Assembly: GCA_964016885.1 (NCBI GenBank)
Contig: OZ024741.1
Span: 91,388,001-91,452,000 of the forward strand
Origin: Eledone cirrhosa
Taxonomy: Eukaryota
DNA length: 64,000 nucleotides
Direction: 5' to 3'
Both the position numbers and the translations under genes were made by a program. A model generated the notes under the pieces. It was not told where the DNA came from, searched no databases, and saw only the letters and a program-made list of their open reading frames with translations. This document shows, piece by piece, positions 57,055 through 64,000 of the stretch; positions within the stretch are counted from its first letter, which is position 1, and each line of letters starts with the position of its first letter.

Positions 57055-57710
57055 CTGCACAAAAGAGGAGGGCCAGCAGCTGACAATAAATGTAGGCTAT
57101 GTAAAACAAAGATCGAGGATGTAAGCCACATTGTTGCCAGCTGCGAAAGAACGTCATCTCGCTACTACCTCCCCATGAGACACGATGGGATAGCTAGAAC
57201 TATCTGCAACGCACTTCGGAAAACAAAATTAACAACAAACGAGGAAGAATATATTGAGACAGATGGCACTAAGGAATACTGGTGGAACCTGAAAATAAAA
57301 ACTGCCACCAAATTAAAGCACAACCGGCCTGATATTGTAGTTTGGGACCACACATTGAAAACGTGTTCTGTTGTGGAGATCAGCTTCCCACTTGATATAA
57401 ACGTTGTCAGAAAAATACAGGAGAAGGAGGACATCTATGGAACATTGATGAGGAGTTCATACCCATCATTATTGGTGCTACGGGTTATATACCAACCCGC
57501 TTGGACCAAAGTATGACTGAACTTGGATTTGCGGACAAAAAGCGCAGCTCCCTAATTCATAGTCTACAAATGGCTGCGATAGCTGGCACCTTCAAAATTT
57601 GCAAAACATTCTTGCGATTCAAGGGATGACAATTTCTTTTCTTTTACAACCTTGCCACCAGGAAGGTGGCCGGTCAAAAAAATATACTCGAAATTAAGAG
57701 AAAGAGAAAA
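57055..57710 (+). pseudogene. R4/Dong-clade retrotransposon 3' fragment (CCHC knuckle + RLE)
   Basis: [50 protein letters not shown]; frameshifted end; in TACA/TA repeat. Confidence 0.88.
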
Positions 57711-57995
57711 CATATATATATACATACATATACATAGATATATACATACATATATATATATACATATATATACATACATATATATATATACATATATATA
57801 CATACATATATACATATATATACATACATATATACATATATATACATACATATATACATATATATACATACATATATACATATATATACATACATATATA
57901 CTTACATATACATGCATATATATATATATATGCATACATATACATACATATATATGTATACATACATATACATATATATATATATATATATATAT

Positions 57996-58570
57996 TTTGA
58001 GTTTATGTTGGTTGTATACCAACAACTCAGTATGCAGGCTGGAGCACTCGACGAAGTGCGCAGGTTGGTTTGGTTCCTCTGGAGTAGTGTAAAATAAAGT
58101 TAAATAAAAGTCAAATGATTAAAATTTAGCTTCGTTTATTACTGCTATATATATTTCAGTGACAGCCATCTTTGGCTGTGACTTCTTCAGGCAGTTTGAA
58201 TTAGTATGGTATAGACAAGTACATATGTTGTTTAGGTGTATAATATTGTCAATACTCTGATATGCCCAGTTCCTTGTTGGGTTGTTAATTCACTGAGGAA
58301 CTGGAGTCATATGTATACATGCATATATATACATACATATATATATACATACATACATGACTCCAGTTCCTCAGTGAATTAACAACCCAACAAGGAACTG
58401 GGCATTTCAGAGTATTGACAATATTATACACCTAAACAACATATGTACTTGTCTATACCATACTAATTCAAACTGCCTGAAGAGGTCACAACCAAAGATG
58501 GCTGTCACTGAAATATATATAGCAGTCATAAACGAAGCTAAATTTTAATCATTTGACTTTTATTTAACTT

Positions 58571-58577
<7 letters not shown>
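57996..58577. mobile_element. Family C palindromic element with two core-intact hammerheads (58141-58195 minus; 58472-58526 plus) and a ~95-bp one-sided tail
   Basis: ~220-bp inverted arms around a short TA/CA loop; ACTGC CTGAAGA..GAAA TATATA TA GCAGT. Confidence 0.85.
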
Positions 58578-58637
<60 letters not shown>

Positions 58638-58679
58638 CATACATATATATATATATTTACATACATATATATATATATT

Positions 58680-58711
<32 letters not shown>

Positions 58712-58777
58712 TAAATATAAATTAGCGAGAATCGTATTTCGGCTTACAACTTCCGAGATATATTTACATACATATAT

Positions 58778-59380
58778 GGAGTGAAAATTTTAGTAAGTAA
58801 GTTAATTTTTAATTTTTAAAATTTTCTTATTTTACGTCTTTCATATAATTGTTCTGCATTCACCTGCATAGAACCACATAGGTACTAAGATATAACTTAT
58901 ATATTTGCTAGCATGAGTGTACATCTGTACACATATGTTGGTAGATGTACTAATTCTCTATATTTATCTCCAAATTATTTGTTGAGCAAAACTGGCCAAA
59001 TTTTACTGCTGTTTCATGGTAGTAGTAGGCTCTTGTCATAATACCACCCCACTCCTAACTGATTAACCTCGGTGTCACGTGATTGATTCTTTAGAATCTG
59101 CCACTAACCAGAGGCAGTGAAATTTTTTCAGTGCTCCGGAATTTAGTCCACGCTAGCTTCCTTTCATCTACTGAATTATTATTTTTATATGGGTTCCTAG
59201 TGTCCGCGCATTGCCTGGGTACTTAGCTGAGAATAAACTCCCTGATGACGTAATGAATTCCCTATAGTTATATATATTATGTAACTATATTTATCCCATT
59301 ACAGAAACTAATTAGTTGGAGTGAAAATTTTAGTAAGTAAGTTGATTTTCAATTTTTAAAATTTTCTTATTTTACGTCTT

Positions 59381-59382
<2 letters not shown>
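58778..59382 (+). mobile_element. Terminally redundant 540-nt non-coding unit with hammerhead (retrozyme/pLTR-like)
   Basis: Direct repeat 58778-58842 = 59318-59382; first copy begins at the predicted cleavage site. Confidence 0.75.
59237..59322 (+). ncRNA. Type I hammerhead ribozyme (family E)
   Basis: ACTCC CTGATGA cGTAATG..ATAGTTA..TAACTAT..CATTACa GAAA CTAATTAG TT GGAGT; palindromic ACTAATTAGT stem III; GUU site after 59317. Confidence 0.8.
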
Positions 59383-61505
<2,123 letters not shown>

Positions 61506-62551
61506 GATCTCCTTAATGAAAGCTCCATAGACTTCATCATGTACTCTCGTTATGTAGACGATATCAATATAGTTATAAGAACACCCCCACTAGAGAGCAC
61601 TAACAAGTTTGAATTCTCCACTCACACTATGCTAAACCCATGGCCTCCAAATACCTGATACTCAAAAACTCAGCAATGTCCAGTAGTGCTAAGTTTAATA
61701 TTCTGATCGCAGATTTGGTACGAGTGATGAAGAATGTGTCCAGCATGTGCGACCCAACAGAAATGGAAAGACACATCCAACACTTCATCAACCGCATGCA
61801 GTTCTCTGGCTACAACCAAAGAGACAGAGTCAGAGTATACGAAGGAGCCATGGAGAAGTATAAGACGCTCATAGATCTGGAAATGAAAGGAATTTGCCCA
61901 TTATACAGGAGCAAATCATGGAATAGCTTAGATAGGGCTAGACATAAGATAGGGAAAGCCACCTCATGGTACGACAACCAGAGATACCAGAGTGTCATGT
62001 TTGTGGACGCTACCCCTGGAGGGAAATTAGCTAACCAGTGTAGAAAGGCCCTGAGAAAGACCCACTTAAAAATAAAGGTGGTAGAAAAGCCAGGAACCAC
62101 CATAAAATCCCTGATCAGCAAAACCTACCCTTTTAAGAAAACCCACTGTACGAATAGGAAATGTATCATATGTAAGGTGAACCCCCGGATAAACTGTAAA
62201 ACTAGAAACGTAGTCTATAGCATAAGATGTACAGAGGGTACTTGCAGAAACATGACAACAACATACATAGATGAGACAGCTCGTAGCATAGATGAAAGGA
62301 TAGACCAACACTGGGGGGAACTAAAAGGACTAAAAAACGAGTCAGTACTATACGAACATGCTAGACAACAACATGACGGTAACATAGACAACATAGAAAT
62401 TAGAATAATATCTAAGCATAGAAATGACCCAGCAGATAGGCAAATCAGAGAGGCCAGTGAAATAGAAATTAGAAGACCAAAGCTAAACAGAAAGAATGAG
62501 TGGAATAACAACAACACCCAAACAAACAACACTGACCTAAGAGAAGTATAA
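61506..62551 (+). pseudogene. Penelope-like element 3' part: RT (YVDD), internal deletion/frameshift, thumb, Cys linker, GIY-YIG
   Basis: YSRYVDDI; [18 protein letters not shown]; CTNRKCIIC..NCKTRNVVYSIRC..YIDETARSIDERIDQH..RQIREA..LNRKNEW. Confidence 0.9.
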
Positions 62552-62810
62552 ATAAGTAAATAAAATAGGATAAATAAATACACACACAAATACAATAACA
62601 ACAAGCACATAAACACACATTAGTCACCCAGCAAACATAACACTATACACACTAGTCACACAGCAAACATAACACTATACACACACACAAACGCATGCGC
62701 AAAGAAGACAAAATAAAATAAACAAACAAGCAAATAAATAAATAAATATATAGACAGACTAAATAAAAAAAATGGCGTAGACATACAACACAACAGGAGG
62801 AAAATATAAC

Positions 62811-62852
62811 ACCACTGACGATGTTGCAGATGTGCAACGAAAGATTTATGTA
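62811..62852 (+). ncRNA. Minimal hammerhead motif in the PLE 3' terminus
   Basis: CA CTGACGA tGTTGCA gatg TGCAAC GAAA GATT TA TG. Confidence 0.6.
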
Positions 62853-63058
62853 AATTATGTAAACTATATATATGTGTTTGTGTCTATATTGTATCTGTAT
62901 TATTTTTGACCGTCGGTCAGTCAATGGCAACATTGAGGACCGAGTAAGCTAGATTACAGATATAAAAGACAGCGAGAAGCGAAAACCAACCAAACAGTGA
63001 GTGTGTTCTGTTATTAATTCTGGCAATATTACACAAATATGACCCTCCCCAAGTATAA

Positions 63059-63107
63059 CATACATATATATATTTACATATATATATATACATACATATA
63101 TACATAC

Positions 63108-63164
<57 letters not shown>

Positions 63165-63233
63165 CATACATATATATATATATACATATATATATATACA
63201 TACATACATATATATATACATATATATATATAC

Positions 63234-63267
<34 letters not shown>

Positions 63268-63275
63268 ATACATAC

Positions 63276-63306
<31 letters not shown>

Positions 63307-63679
63307 CACATATATATATATATACACATATATATATATACATACATATATATATATACACATATATATATATATACATACAAATATATACATATACATA
63401 CATATACATATATATATATATACACATATATATATATATACATACATATATATACATATACATACATACACATATATATATATATACACATATATATATA
63501 TATACACATATATATATATACACATATATATATATATACACATATATATATATATACACATATATATATACACATATATATATATATATACACATATATA
63601 TATATATATACACATATATATATATATACATATATATATACATATATATATGTATACACATATATATATATATATACAC

Positions 63680-63710
<31 letters not shown>

Positions 63711-63830
63711 CACATATATATATATACACATATATATATATACATATATATATATATACATATATATATATACATATACATATATATATATACATATATA
63801 TATATATACATATATATATATACATATACA

Positions 63831-63862
<32 letters not shown>

Positions 63863-63899
63863 CATATACATATACATATATATATATACATATATATAT

Positions 63900-63938
<39 letters not shown>

Positions 63939-64000
63939 TATATATATATATATACACATATATATATATACATATATATATATACATATATACATATATA
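63059..64000. repeat. (TA/CA)n microsatellite
   Basis: Direct sequence. Confidence 0.97.

Overview
Eukaryotic, very AT-rich DNA dominated by (TA)n/(TACA)n microsatellite. The SINE families and repeat landscape suggest an Octopus (coleoid cephalopod) genome, which is inference. There is a 200-N assembly gap at 1574-1773. Nearly all long Ile/Tyr ORFs in the ORF track are microsatellite artefacts. Real coding content: a CR1-like LINE with an intact 1013-aa EN+RT ORF2 and a truncated CCCH-type ORF1, three Penelope-like element (PLE) remnants with GIY-YIG domains, two R4/Dong-type RLE fragments, a Helitron Pif1 fragment, and a probable host claudin-superfamily (TMEM47/PERP-like) exon on the minus strand. 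The main unexplained signal is non-coding. About 15 type-I hammerhead ribozyme motifs from several sequence families, most with a palindromic minimal stem III, lie in short elements inserted into (TA)n. Many of these elements are asymmetric head-to-head hairpins with a family-fixed apex. One is a 540-nt terminally redundant unit whose 5' end falls at the predicted cleavage site (retrozyme-like). One family carries a compensatory U3:A8 core. Separately, a ~600-bp bipartite non-autonomous RTE derivative has an HDV-like ribozyme fold at its 5' end. All ribozyme calls were folded by eye and are untested.
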